A program made the translations under genes and the position numbers. Source: an uncultured delta proteobacterium (GTDB taxonomy: Bacteria > Myxococcota_A > Polyangia > Polyangiales > Polyangiaceae). From it: 64,000 bases of DNA. Under the pieces are notes generated by a model. That model was not told where the DNA came from. It saw only the letters and a list, made by a program, of their open reading frames with translations, and searched no databases. Below are positions 24,029 through 33,243 of this stretch, piece by piece. The stretch covers positions 288,001-352,000 of the forward strand of contig CAVQUB010000002.1 of the NCBI GenBank assembly GCA_963716725.1, given 5' to 3'. Every line of letters starts with the position of its first letter. Positions within the stretch are counted from its first letter, which is position 1.

Positions 24029-24861
24029 CCACGCCCACTCCGCACCACGGCCACGTCGCAGGGCGCGTCGCGAAGCACCTGCTCGATGGGATTGCCGTAG
24101 ACAACTCGCCGGGGAAGCGAGCGTTCGGTCGCACCGAGACAAATCAAGCGGGCACGCTGCCGACCGGCCTGCACCAAAATCTCTCGCGGCACGTCGTCGG
24201 AGACGACGGCGCTCGAGCCCATCGCGAAACTCCGGTCGGCGAGCTCGCCGCGAACCTCCTGCTCGACGGCGCGAACGAACCGTCGGCCCTCAGCGAGCAG
24301 ACGCTCCGCGGCGGAGGCGTCGAGTCCTCGATAGCGGAGCCTGGACACTTCGCGCACGAAGAGTAAGTGCAGGTGGACGAGCCCGGGCCCCAGATGCCGC
24401 AGCAGCGGCAGCGCGCCGGCGGCTCCACGGGCATGTCCCGCGAGCGGCAAGAGCACGCGCTCGGGGTGCCCCAGCGTTCCTGGGTGCACCACTCGCATCG
24501 CCACCACCGCGCAGGGGGCGCGGGCGAAGATCTCCGCCGTGACCGTCTTCGCGAGGTAGGCCAGCTCCCTGGCCCGTTGGCGTGTGCCCGCGACAATCAG
24601 CGCGTCGCTCCGACCTCGCAGTCGCTCCAGGATGAGATCCGCCACCGGACGCCCTTCGCGGGGCACCAGCTCGCATTCGAGGGCAACGCCCGCGAGGCCG
24701 CACTCCGACTCGATCCGTCCCAGGCGAGACTCGACCTGTGGAGGCCCCTCGTGCACGTGCATGAGCCGGAGTCTTCTTTCCGCCGAAGATGCCGCGAAGC
24801 GCACGGCGTAGTGCGCAATCCAGTCACCATTCAGGCTGCCGTCGTAGGCAAAGAGCAGCAC
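24025..24861 (-). CDS. Universal stress protein (tandem USP domains)
   Basis: FAYDGS, LIVAGT, LICLGAT...GNPIEQVLRDAPCDVAVV; overlaps ATPase start. Confidence 0.82.
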   Translation of the reverse strand: MLLFAYDGSLNGDWIAHYAVRFAASSAERRLRLMHVHEGPPQVESRLGRIESECGLAGVALECELVPREGRPVADLILERLRGRSDALIVAGTRQRARELAYLAKTVTAEIFARAPCAVVAMRVVHPGTLGHPERVLLPLAGHARGAAGALPLLRHLGPGLVHLHLLFVREVSRLRYRGLDASAAERLLAEGRRFVRAVEQEVRGELADRSFAMGSSAVVSDDVPREILVQAGRQRARLICLGATERSLPRRVVYGNPIEQVLRDAPCDVAVVRSGRG

Positions 24862-24873
24862 GCATCCCTCCCC

Positions 24874-25857
24874 TCAGCTCGACCGAAACACCTCGAGCAG
24901 TCGCCGTGCACCCTCGGTCGGCGTGATGCTACCGCTCTGAACCAGCGCCTCGATGGCCGGACCCGCGCTCTTCACGCCGGGGTCATCCCACAACTCCGCC
25001 GCGAGCGCCTCGCGCACCAAGCCCGAGAGCCAGTGCTTTCGTTGCGCACTTCGGCGCTCCTCGAGGGCGCCGCTCAACTGGAGAAAGCGGCGATGCTCTT
25101 CCAAAAGCGCCCAGACCTCCTCGATGCCGCGCGCCTCGATCGCGCTGACGGTAGTGACCCGCGGCACCCACGGCGAGCCGTCACCGCGCAAGAGTCGGAG
25201 CGCGCTTCGATACTCGGCCGCAGCGCGCTCCCCGCGCTGGCGCTCGGCACCGTCGGCCTTGTTGATGGCGATCACGTCGACGAGCTCCAGAATTCCGCGC
25301 TTGATGCCCTGCAGCTCGTCACCGGCGCCCGCGAGGGCCAGGAGCAAAAACGAGTCGACCATGCTCGCCACCAGATGCTCGCTCTGCCCGACCCCCACCG
25401 TCTCGACCAAGACCACATCGAAACCAGCGGCCTCGCACACGAGCAGGGCTTCGCGCGTGTGGCGCCCGACGCCTCCAAAGGCGCCCGCCGCCGGGCTGGG
25501 GCGAATGAACGCGGCCTCTGCGGCCGAGAGCCGCGACATGCGCGTCTTGTCCCCGAGGATGCTGCCGCCCGACACCGAGCTCGAAGGGTCCACCGCGAGC
25601 ACCGCCACCCGATGCCCTGAGGCGATCAGGAACAAGCCCAGCGCCTCGATGAAGGTGCTCTTGCCCGCGCCTGGGACCCCGCTCACGCCGATTCGGGCGG
25701 CGTTGCCGGTCTGGGGCAGGATGCGTTCGAGGAGCCGCTGGGCGGCGTCGTGGTGATCGCTGCGCCTCGACTCGACGAGCGTGATCGCCTTGCCGATGGC
25801 CCGGCGCTCGCTCGCGAGCACCCCCCGAGCCAGCTCCTCGATCTCGTCGGGGCTCAC
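24874..25857 (-). CDS. meaB: Methylmalonyl-CoA mutase-associated GTPase (copy 2)
   Basis: GVPGAGKST, VDPSS..GGSILGDKTRM, GDELQGIKRG; directly downstream of the mutase. Confidence 0.95.
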   Translation of the reverse strand: MSPDEIEELARGVLASERRAIGKAITLVESRRSDHHDAAQRLLERILPQTGNAARIGVSGVPGAGKSTFIEALGLFLIASGHRVAVLAVDPSSSVSGGSILGDKTRMSRLSAAEAAFIRPSPAAGAFGGVGRHTREALLVCEAAGFDVVLVETVGVGQSEHLVASMVDSFLLLALAGAGDELQGIKRGILELVDVIAINKADGAERQRGERAAAEYRSALRLLRGDGSPWVPRVTTVSAIEARGIEEVWALLEEHRRFLQLSGALEERRSAQRKHWLSGLVREALAAELWDDPGVKSAGPAIEALVQSGSITPTEGARRLLEVFRSS

Positions 25858-25863
25858 GGCGCC

Positions 25864-28014
25864 TCAGCGTGCGCGGCGCGCCTCGATGGCGCCCAGCACT
25901 CGATCCGCCGACACCGGCACGGCGGTGCCGGGACCGAAGACCGCCGCCACACCGGCCGCTTCCAGGGCCGGGTAGTCCTGCGCGGGGATCACTCCGCCAC
26001 ACACCACGATCACGTCCTCGGATCCCGCGCGCCGAAGCTCGTCGATGAGCTCCGGCACCAAGGTCAGATGACCCGCGGCTTGCGTGGAGACTCCGATGGC
26101 GTGCACGTCGTTCTCGATGGCCTGACGGGCGACCTCGGCCGGTGTCTGGAAGAGCGGTCCGACGTCGACGTCGAAGCCGGCGTCGGCAAACGCAGTAGCG
26201 ATGAGCTTCGCGCCGCGATCGTGGCCGTCCTGCCCCATCTTGGCCACCAAGATGCGCGGGCGCCGACCCTCGGCCTTCAGAAACTGCTCGATGCGTTCGC
26301 GCAGCGCTCCCCACTTCGCGTCATCCCGATAGTAGCTGCCGTACACGCCCGCGATGCTGCGCGTCTCGGCCTGGTGGCGGCCCCAGGCTGCCTCGAGCGC
26401 GTCCGAGATCTCGCCGACGCTGGCCCGGGCGCGCGCCGCCGCGACGCTGAGCTCGAGCAGATTGCCCTGACCCGCCTCGGCGGCTTTCCGCAGCGCGCCG
26501 AGGGCGTGCTCGAGCGCCTCTCCGTCCCGCGCCTTGCGGACGGTCTCCAGGCGGGCGATCTGCGACGCTCGCACCGCGGTGTTGTCCACGACCCGGACCT
26601 CGACCGGCTCTTCGTGCGCGGCTTGGTACTTGTTCACGCCGACCACGACGTCGTTGCCACGATCGACGCGCGCCTGCCGGCGGGCCGCTGCTTCTTCAAT
26701 GCGCAGCTTGGGCATGCCCGCCTCGACGGCGCGCGTCATGCCACCGAGCTTCTCGACCTCGTCGATGAGCGCGAGCGCCTTTCCGGCGAGGGCGTGCGTC
26801 AGGTGCTCCATGAAATAGCTGCCCGCCCAGGGATCGACCACGCGGGGGATACCGGTCTCGTGCTGGATCACCAGCTGCGTATTGCGGGCGATGCGCGCGG
26901 CGAAGTCACTGGGCAGCGCCATCGCCTCGTCGAAGGAGTTGGTGTGCAGGCTCTGGGTCCCGCCGAGCACCGCCGCCATGGCCTCGATGGTGGTGCGGAT
27001 CACGTTGTTGTGGGGATCTTGCTCGGTGAGGCTGACGCCGCTGGTCTGACAGTGCGTGCGCAGCAGCATCGAATCGGGGTTCTTGGGGCCAAAGTGGCGC
27101 TTGATTAGGGTGGCCCAGAGCAGCCGCGCTGCCCGGAGCTTGGCCACCTCCATGTAGAAGCTCATGCCGATGCCGAAGAAGAACGACAGCCGCGGCGCGA
27201 AGCTGTCGATGTCGAGGCCCTTGGCCAGCGCGGCGCGCACGTACTCGAGGCCGTCGGCGAGCGTGAACGCCAGCTCCAGATCTGCCGTCGCCCCGGCCTC
27301 TTGCATGTGATAGCCCGAGATCGAAATCGAGTTGAAGCGCGGCATCTGTCGCGCCGTGTATTCGATCACGTCGGCGACGATCCGCATCGAGGGCGCCGGC
27401 GGATAGATGTAGGTGTTGCGGACCATGAACTCCTTCAGAATGTCGTTCTGAATGGTCCCGGTCAGCTCCCCGGGTTTCACGCCCTGCTCCTCGCCGGCCA
27501 CGATGAACATGGCCAAGATGGGCAGCACAGCGCCGTTCATCGTCATCGACACGCTCATCTCTCGGAGCGGGATGCCGTCGAAGAGGATCTTCATGTCCTC
27601 GACGGTGTCGATGGCAACGCCTGCCTTGCCGACGTCGCCGACCACGCGCGGGTGATCGCTGTCGTAGCCGCGATGGGTGGGCAGATCGAAGGCGACACTG
27701 AGGCCCTTCTGGCCTCCAGCCAGACCTCGGCGATAAAACGCGTTGGACTCTTCGGCGGTGGAGAAGCCCGCGTATTGGCGGATGGTCCAGGGACGTCCGG
27801 CGTACATGGTCGCTTTGGGCCCGCGAACGAAGGGGTAGTCACCCGGGATGCTGTCCCCGAAGTCGAGCCCCTCGAGGTCCTGTCGAGTGTAGAGCGGCTT
27901 CACGTCGATGCCCTCGGGCGTGTGCCAGACCAGGGTCTCGGGATCTTTGCCTTTGAGCTCGCCGGTCGCGAGCCGAGTCCAGTGGCTGAGGTCAGCGCTC
28001 TGCTTCGGATCCAT
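25864..28014 (-). CDS. scpA: Methylmalonyl-CoA mutase (B12-dependent)
   Basis: [29 protein letters not shown]12-binding motif. Confidence 0.97.
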   Translation of the reverse strand: MDPKQSADLSHWTRLATGELKGKDPETLVWHTPEGIDVKPLYTRQDLEGLDFGDSIPGDYPFVRGPKATMYAGRPWTIRQYAGFSTAEESNAFYRRGLAGGQKGLSVAFDLPTHRGYDSDHPRVVGDVGKAGVAIDTVEDMKILFDGIPLREMSVSMTMNGAVLPILAMFIVAGEEQGVKPGELTGTIQNDILKEFMVRNTYIYPPAPSMRIVADVIEYTARQMPRFNSISISGYHMQEAGATADLELAFTLADGLEYVRAALAKGLDIDSFAPRLSFFFGIGMSFYMEVAKLRAARLLWATLIKRHFGPKNPDSMLLRTHCQTSGVSLTEQDPHNNVIRTTIEAMAAVLGGTQSLHTNSFDEAMALPSDFAARIARNTQLVIQHETGIPRVVDPWAGSYFMEHLTHALAGKALALIDEVEKLGGMTRAVEAGMPKLRIEEAAARRQARVDRGNDVVVGVNKYQAAHEEPVEVRVVDNTAVRASQIARLETVRKARDGEALEHALGALRKAAEAGQGNLLELSVAAARARASVGEISDALEAAWGRHQAETRSIAGVYGSYYRDDAKWGALRERIEQFLKAEGRRPRILVAKMGQDGHDRGAKLIATAFADAGFDVDVGPLFQTPAEVARQAIENDVHAIGVSTQAAGHLTLVPELIDELRRAGSEDVIVVCGGVIPAQDYPALEAAGVAAVFGPGTAVPVSADRVLGAIEARRAR

Positions 28015-28081
28015 GGCGCAGACTTTTAGCACCGAACGCCTGGCGGTGGACGTTCCCCCGCTCGTGCCTTATCCCTCGACC

Positions 28082-28684
28082 ATGGACGCGGTCGATGATG
28101 TGCTCGGGTTCTGGTTCGGCACTCCGGATCCGGTCGGCGATCTGCCCGACGAGGTCTTTGCGCGCTACTGGAAGCGCGACGACGCCTTCGACGCCGAGAT
28201 CCGAGAACGCTTTTCGGCGCTGCACACCAGCGCCGCGGCATCGGAGCTGGACTCCTGGTGCGCCACTGCCCGCGGACGCTTGGCGCTGGTGATCCTGCTC
28301 GACCAGTTCTCCCGAAATCTGAGCCGCAAGAGCCCCGGGGCCTTCGCCAACGACGAAAGGGCGCTGGCCGTGGCCCTCGAGGGCATCGAGCAGGGCGAGC
28401 TCGCGCAGCTCTGCCCGATGCAACGCTACTTCCTGATCATGCCGACGATGCACGCCGAGGACCTCGCGGCCCAGGAGCACGGGATCCGACTCTTCGACGA
28501 GCTCGTGAAGCTCACCGAAGACCCGGGGCTCGGTAGACGCTTCGCCGGCGCCGCCGACTTTGCCCGCCGTCACCGGGACATCGTCGCGCGTTTCGGCCGG
28601 TTCCCGCATCGCAACGCCAGCCTGGGACGCGCGTCGACGCCCGAAGAGACCGAGTTCCTGAGCCAGCCCGGCTCCTCGTTCTGA
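28082..28684 (+). CDS. DUF924 family protein
   Basis: VLGFWFG, ILLDQFSRN, HAEDL, FGRFPHRN..LGR. Confidence 0.9.
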   Translation: MDAVDDVLGFWFGTPDPVGDLPDEVFARYWKRDDAFDAEIRERFSALHTSAAASELDSWCATARGRLALVILLDQFSRNLSRKSPGAFANDERALAVALEGIEQGELAQLCPMQRYFLIMPTMHAEDLAAQEHGIRLFDELVKLTEDPGLGRRFAGAADFARRHRDIVARFGRFPHRNASLGRASTPEETEFLSQPGSSF

Positions 28685-28726
28685 GGGTCAACGCCGGCCC
28701 CGGTGGAAGTCGTGTACTGTTTGCAG

Positions 28727-29263
28727 ATGCGCGCGCTGTTCCCGGCTTTGCTCTGTCTCACGCTCATCGGCTGCGGATCGTCGGATGACGACTCGGGGGG
28801 AGGAGGCGGTCCCGGCGGCAGCTGCGACGGCTCGGCGTCCGGCGGCGCCGCCTTCGAGTGCAAGGTCCTCGAGATCGTCAATCAACACCGCGCCCAGGGC
28901 GCGACCTGCGGGGGCAGCGCTCAAGCGCCGGTCGGGCCGCTGAAGATGCATCCTATCTTGCGCTCGACGGCCCGCGCCCACGCCGACGACATGGCGACGC
29001 AGGGCTACTTCGCCCACCAGAGCCTCGACGGCAGATCTCCCTTCGATCGCATGAGCGACGCGGGCTACGACTTCAAGACCGCCGGCGAGAACATCGCGGC
29101 GGGCAGCGCAACGCCCGAAGGCGCGATGGATCAATGGATGAACAGCCCGGGCCACTGCACGAACATCATGAAGGCCGGGTTCGAGGATCTGGGCGTGGGG
29201 TACGTCGAGAAGCCGGGCACCAAGTACACCCACTACTGGGTCCAGAATTTCGGCGCGCAGTGA
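28727..29263 (+). CDS. CAP/SCP domain lipoprotein
   Basis: Lipobox LIGC, HADDMA, GENIA, WMNSPGHC, YWVQNFG. Confidence 0.9.
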   Translation: MRALFPALLCLTLIGCGSSDDDSGGGGGPGGSCDGSASGGAAFECKVLEIVNQHRAQGATCGGSAQAPVGPLKMHPILRSTARAHADDMATQGYFAHQSLDGRSPFDRMSDAGYDFKTAGENIAAGSATPEGAMDQWMNSPGHCTNIMKAGFEDLGVGYVEKPGTKYTHYWVQNFGAQ

Positions 29264-29275
29264 GCTGACCTAGCG

Positions 29276-30088
29276 TCACGACCTTCGGCGCGCCGCATCG
29301 ACTAGCGCCCGGGCCCGCGCCGCATCGACCGGCTCGTGCACCTGCCCCTCGCGTTTGAGCGAGGTCCCGACGATCACGCCATCGGCGATCTTCAACAGCT
29401 CGCCGATGGTCGCGGCGCTCACACCGCTGCCGACAAAGAGCGGGCGGTCCGGCACCGCGCGCCTCACGACCTCGAGCCGTGACACGCTCGTCGCTTCACC
29501 CGTGCCCGAGCCCGTCACGATCAGGCCGTCGGCGAGGCCACGCAGGGCCGTGTCCTTGGCGCTCTGCGCCAGATCGAAGCCCGCGGGCGGGGTCGCGTGT
29601 TTCACCGCCACGTCGGCCAGGATCTCCACGCTCGCCCGGCTCGCGGCGCGTTCGCGCAAGGTCTCCGGCGCGCGCCCCTCGAGCGTGCCCTGGTCGGTGT
29701 GCATCACGCCGACGTGCACGTTCACCCGGATGAAGTCGCCGCCGGTCGCCGCCGCGATGGCCAGGGCCGCCCGCGCGTCGTTGCGCAGCACGTTCACTCC
29801 GATCAGAGGCTCGGGGCCCACGGCAATCCTCAGCCGCTCGGTCATCGCTGCCATCTCGGCGATGGTGGTCGCCGGCACGCGGTCGCCGAAGAAGGGAGCG
29901 TCACCGAAGTTTTCGACCACGAAGCCGTCGAAGCCCGCGGCGACCAGTACCTCCGCGTCGGCCAGCGCGTGATCGACGACCAGCTTCCGGCTCGAAAAGC
30001 GCGGACTGCCGGCCAGCGGTAAGAGGTGCACGACGCCGAGCAGGACGCGCTTGCCGGCGCGCACCCGGGCAGCAATGGCGCGCGGCAC
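29276..30088 (-). CDS. BtpA/SgcQ family protein
   Basis: GVVHLLPL, ENFGDAPF, GVNVLRND, ADVAVKH, VGSG; start chosen just after the HAD stop. Confidence 0.88.
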   Translation of the reverse strand: MPRAIAARVRAGKRVLLGVVHLLPLAGSPRFSSRKLVVDHALADAEVLVAAGFDGFVVENFGDAPFFGDRVPATTIAEMAAMTERLRIAVGPEPLIGVNVLRNDARAALAIAAATGGDFIRVNVHVGVMHTDQGTLEGRAPETLRERAASRASVEILADVAVKHATPPAGFDLAQSAKDTALRGLADGLIVTGSGTGEATSVSRLEVVRRAVPDRPLFVGSGVSAATIGELLKIADGVIVGTSLKREGQVHEPVDAARARALVDAARRRS

Positions 30089-30090
30089 GG

Positions 30091-30936
30091 CTAGAGCCCC
30101 ACGCGATCGATCACCGCGTCGAGGGACTCGCTCAGCCCGCACTTCTCCATTCGGGTCACGAAGCGAAGCTCGTACTCAGGAGTCACGGCGCTCGCGACCA
30201 GGTGGATCGACACTCCGAGGTGGTAGGGCATGGCGAGATCGAGTTCGTAGATGTCGCCGACCAAGAGTGTCTGCTCGGGCGCGGTCCCCGTCTCCTGCCA
30301 GATCCGGCGGAGGACCTCGTAGTAGCGGCCGCGACGCAGATAAACCGGACGCGGCAAGCCCTCGAGCAGCTGCGTCTCGGGCAGCCCGGTGAAGCGTGCG
30401 TCGAGCTCCGTCGGTGGCTCGATGAACGCCTTCATCGCGTTGCCGCGCACCGTCGGCCGCCGCTCGGCGTCGGGCAAGAGCGCTTCGACCTTGCGTGTGA
30501 CCGCGGCCGTCCCCGAGTTGGTGACGACGTAGATCGGTGTCCCCGTCCCGAGCAAGCGCTCGAGCACCTGCTTCGCACCCGGTCGGAAGACCGTCGCCGA
30601 GAGTTCGTAGCTGCGTGAGTAGAGATCGGAGAGCGCCTGCTCCCGCTCGGCCGATTCGCGATAGGCGCCAAAGCGGTCCATGATCATTCGCGCGACGGTC
30701 GTCGAGCGAATGTAGGGATCCGCGTTGCCCGGCGCCACGAGCTTGCCCTGGAAGAGCCAGCCGTACTCGCTGGGGCTCGCGCGGACGGTCGCCTCGCCCT
30801 CGGCCCACTCCGCCGCGATGTCGCGCCCGAGGCGCTCCGCGAGGTCGGCCCGGTAGGCCTCCACGAAGGGAGCGCCCTCTTCCTCGGCGAGGGTGAAGGT
30901 TCCGTCGAAGTCGAGCAGGACGCAGTCGAAACGCAT
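30091..30936 (-). CDS. HAD-superfamily hydrolase
   Basis: DFDGT motif I, VTNS motif II, VGDIYELD motif IV. Confidence 0.82.
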   Translation of the reverse strand: MRFDCVLLDFDGTFTLAEEEGAPFVEAYRADLAERLGRDIAAEWAEGEATVRASPSEYGWLFQGKLVAPGNADPYIRSTTVARMIMDRFGAYRESAEREQALSDLYSRSYELSATVFRPGAKQVLERLLGTGTPIYVVTNSGTAAVTRKVEALLPDAERRPTVRGNAMKAFIEPPTELDARFTGLPETQLLEGLPRPVYLRRGRYYEVLRRIWQETGTAPEQTLLVGDIYELDLAMPYHLGVSIHLVASAVTPEYELRFVTRMEKCGLSESLDAVIDRVGL

Positions 30937-31031
30937 GGGGGGCAGCGGCGAGCAGCCTAGCACCCCGGAAATCCGTCGGAAACTGCTTCGAGCACCACGA
31001 CCAGTCCGAGCCTCGGGCATCATTGCCAGAC

Positions 31032-31336
31032 ATGCCGCTCTTCGGCCGCTCCGACGGCGATCTGATCCGTGATCTCTCCCCGCTCCGCAGGATTGTCCCG
31101 CACCTGATGCGGACTCGCGCCGGCGCCGTCGTCTTCCACGATTGGTCGGCGACGACGGAGCGCCCGCGGTGAAGGACACGGTCGAGATCCGCTGGAGCTT
31201 CGACGAGCACATCAACGACGGTTTCTACTGCGCGTCGTCCCTGGCGTTGGCCAAAGAGGTAGTCGAAGATCCAGAGAGCGTGCTGGGGCCACCCGTCGAC
31301 GCTGCTCGGGGCGGAGCGCGCGCGGCCGCGAGTTGA
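31032..31336 (+). pseudogene. Remnant of a 2-oxoacid dehydrogenase E2-like acyltransferase with a large internal deletion
   Basis: MPLFGRSDGDLIRDLSPLRRIVPHLMR...VFH joined out of frame to ...IRWSFDEHINDGFYCASSL...VEDP (DHRxxDG-like motif). Confidence 0.6.
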
Positions 31337-31337
31337 C

Positions 31338-33243
31338 TCAGACGTCGAGTACGTCGGCCTGATCCGCGCGGTCCATGATGAAATGGAAGCGGGCCTGGGG
31401 GTCCTTGCCCATCAGATCGCTCACCACGCGGTCGGTGGCCAAAACGTCCGCGACTTCGATCTTGAGCAGCCGCCTGGTCTTGGGATTCAGCGTGGTCTCC
31501 CACAGCACCTTGGGCATCATCTCTCCCAGGCCCTTGAAGCGAGTGATCTCGGGCTTGGACTTGCCGCGGGCGTGATCCTTCACGATGCGCGCTTTGTCGG
31601 CGTCGTCCACGGCCCAGAAGGTCTCTTTGCCGATGTCCACCCGGTAGAGCGGCGGCACGGCCACGAAGAGCTTGCCCTGCCGGATCACCTCCGGCAGGTG
31701 ACGGTAGAAGAAGGTGAGCAGCAGCGTCGTGATGTGGTGACCGTCGCTGTCGGCGTCCGCGAGCAAGACGACGCGCTCGTAGCGCAGGCGCCCGATCTCG
31801 AAATTCTGACCGACGCCGCAGCCGAGGGCGGTGACCAGATCGGTGAGCTCTTTGTTCTCCATCACCTTGCCCAGGCTCATGCCCTCGGTGTTGAGAACCT
31901 TGCCGCGCAGGGGCAGCACCGCCTGCGTATTGCGGTCGCGCCCTTGTTTGGCGCTGCCCCCGGCGCTGTCGCCTTCGACGATGAAGAGCTCGGTGTTGCG
32001 GCGGTCGCTGGCGCTGCAGTCGCTCAGCTTGCCCGGCAACATCATGCGCCCGCCGGTGGCGGTCTTGCGGATGACGGCTTGGCTGGCGGCGCGGGACGCC
32101 TCGCGGGCCCGCGCTGCCAGGATGATGCGCGCCACGACTTGCTCGGCCGTGCTGCGGTTCTGGTTCAGCCACTGTTCGAGCGAGGGACGCACCGCTCCGT
32201 CCACCGCCGCTTGGACCTCGGGGTTGTTCAGGCGATCCTTGGTCTGCCCCTGAAACTGCGGATCCGAGATGAAAACGCTGAGCACGCCGGTCAGCCCCTC
32301 GCGAATGTCCTCGGCGCTGAGCGTCACCCCCCGAGGCGTCAGGTTGTGCGTCTCGATGTAGTTCCGGACCGCCTTGACCATGCCCGAGCGAAAGCCGAAC
32401 TCGTGGGTGCCGCCGGAGCCCGTCGGGATCCCGTTCACGTAGCTCTTGAGCGTCTCGTCGGTGGACTCCGTCCACTGGAAGGCCAGCTCGATCCGGAGCC
32501 CGTTGTCCCGGAACAGCGTGAAGGGGACCTCGTGCACCGCGCGTGAGCCGCGCTCGCTCACGATGCGCCCCAGGAACTCCACGATGCCCTCGGGGTGCTG
32601 GAAGGTTGCCTTGGTGCCCTGCGCCTCGTCGATGAAGGTGACGGAGAGCCCCTTGTGCAGGTAGCTCGCGATCTCGAGCCGCTCGCGCATGAGCTCGGCG
32701 GAGAAGTCCGTCTTGCGGGAAGATCTCGGGGTCGGGCCTGAAGAAGACCGTGGTCCCGCTGCCGCGGGCCTTGCCGAGCTTCTGGAGCTTGCCCACCGGC
32801 GTGCCGCCGCGAAACTCCATGCGGTGCTCGAAGCCGTCACGCTTCACGGTGGCGACCAGCTGCGCCGAGAGCGCGTTGACCACGCTAGCGCCCACGCCGT
32901 GCAGGCCGCCCGCCGTCTTGTAGCTGTCGTGCTCGAACTTGCCGCCTGCGTGCAGCGTGCAGAAGATGATCTCGAGCGCCGGCTTCTTGTGCAAGGGGTG
33001 CATGTCCACTGGCACACCGCGACCGTCGTCGCTCACGGTCACGCTCTGTCCGTCTTTGTGCAGCGTCACGTGGATCTGGCTGGCGTGGCCGTTCATCGCC
33101 TCGTCCACCGAGTTGTCGACGACCTCCCAGACCAGGTGGTGCAGGCCGGCGCTGCCGACGCCGCCGATGTACATGCCCGGGCGCTTGCGGACGGGATCGA
33201 GCCCCTCGAGCACCGTGATGTCTTTGGCGGAATAGCTGGGCAT
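31338..33243 (-). CDS. parE: Type IIA topoisomerase B subunit (ParE/GyrB paralog); frameshift near 32716
   Basis: LEGLDPVRKRPGMYIG, EVVDNSVDE, GLHGVGASVVNALS, EGDSA, PLRGK, DADSDG, RFKGLGEM. Confidence 0.88.
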
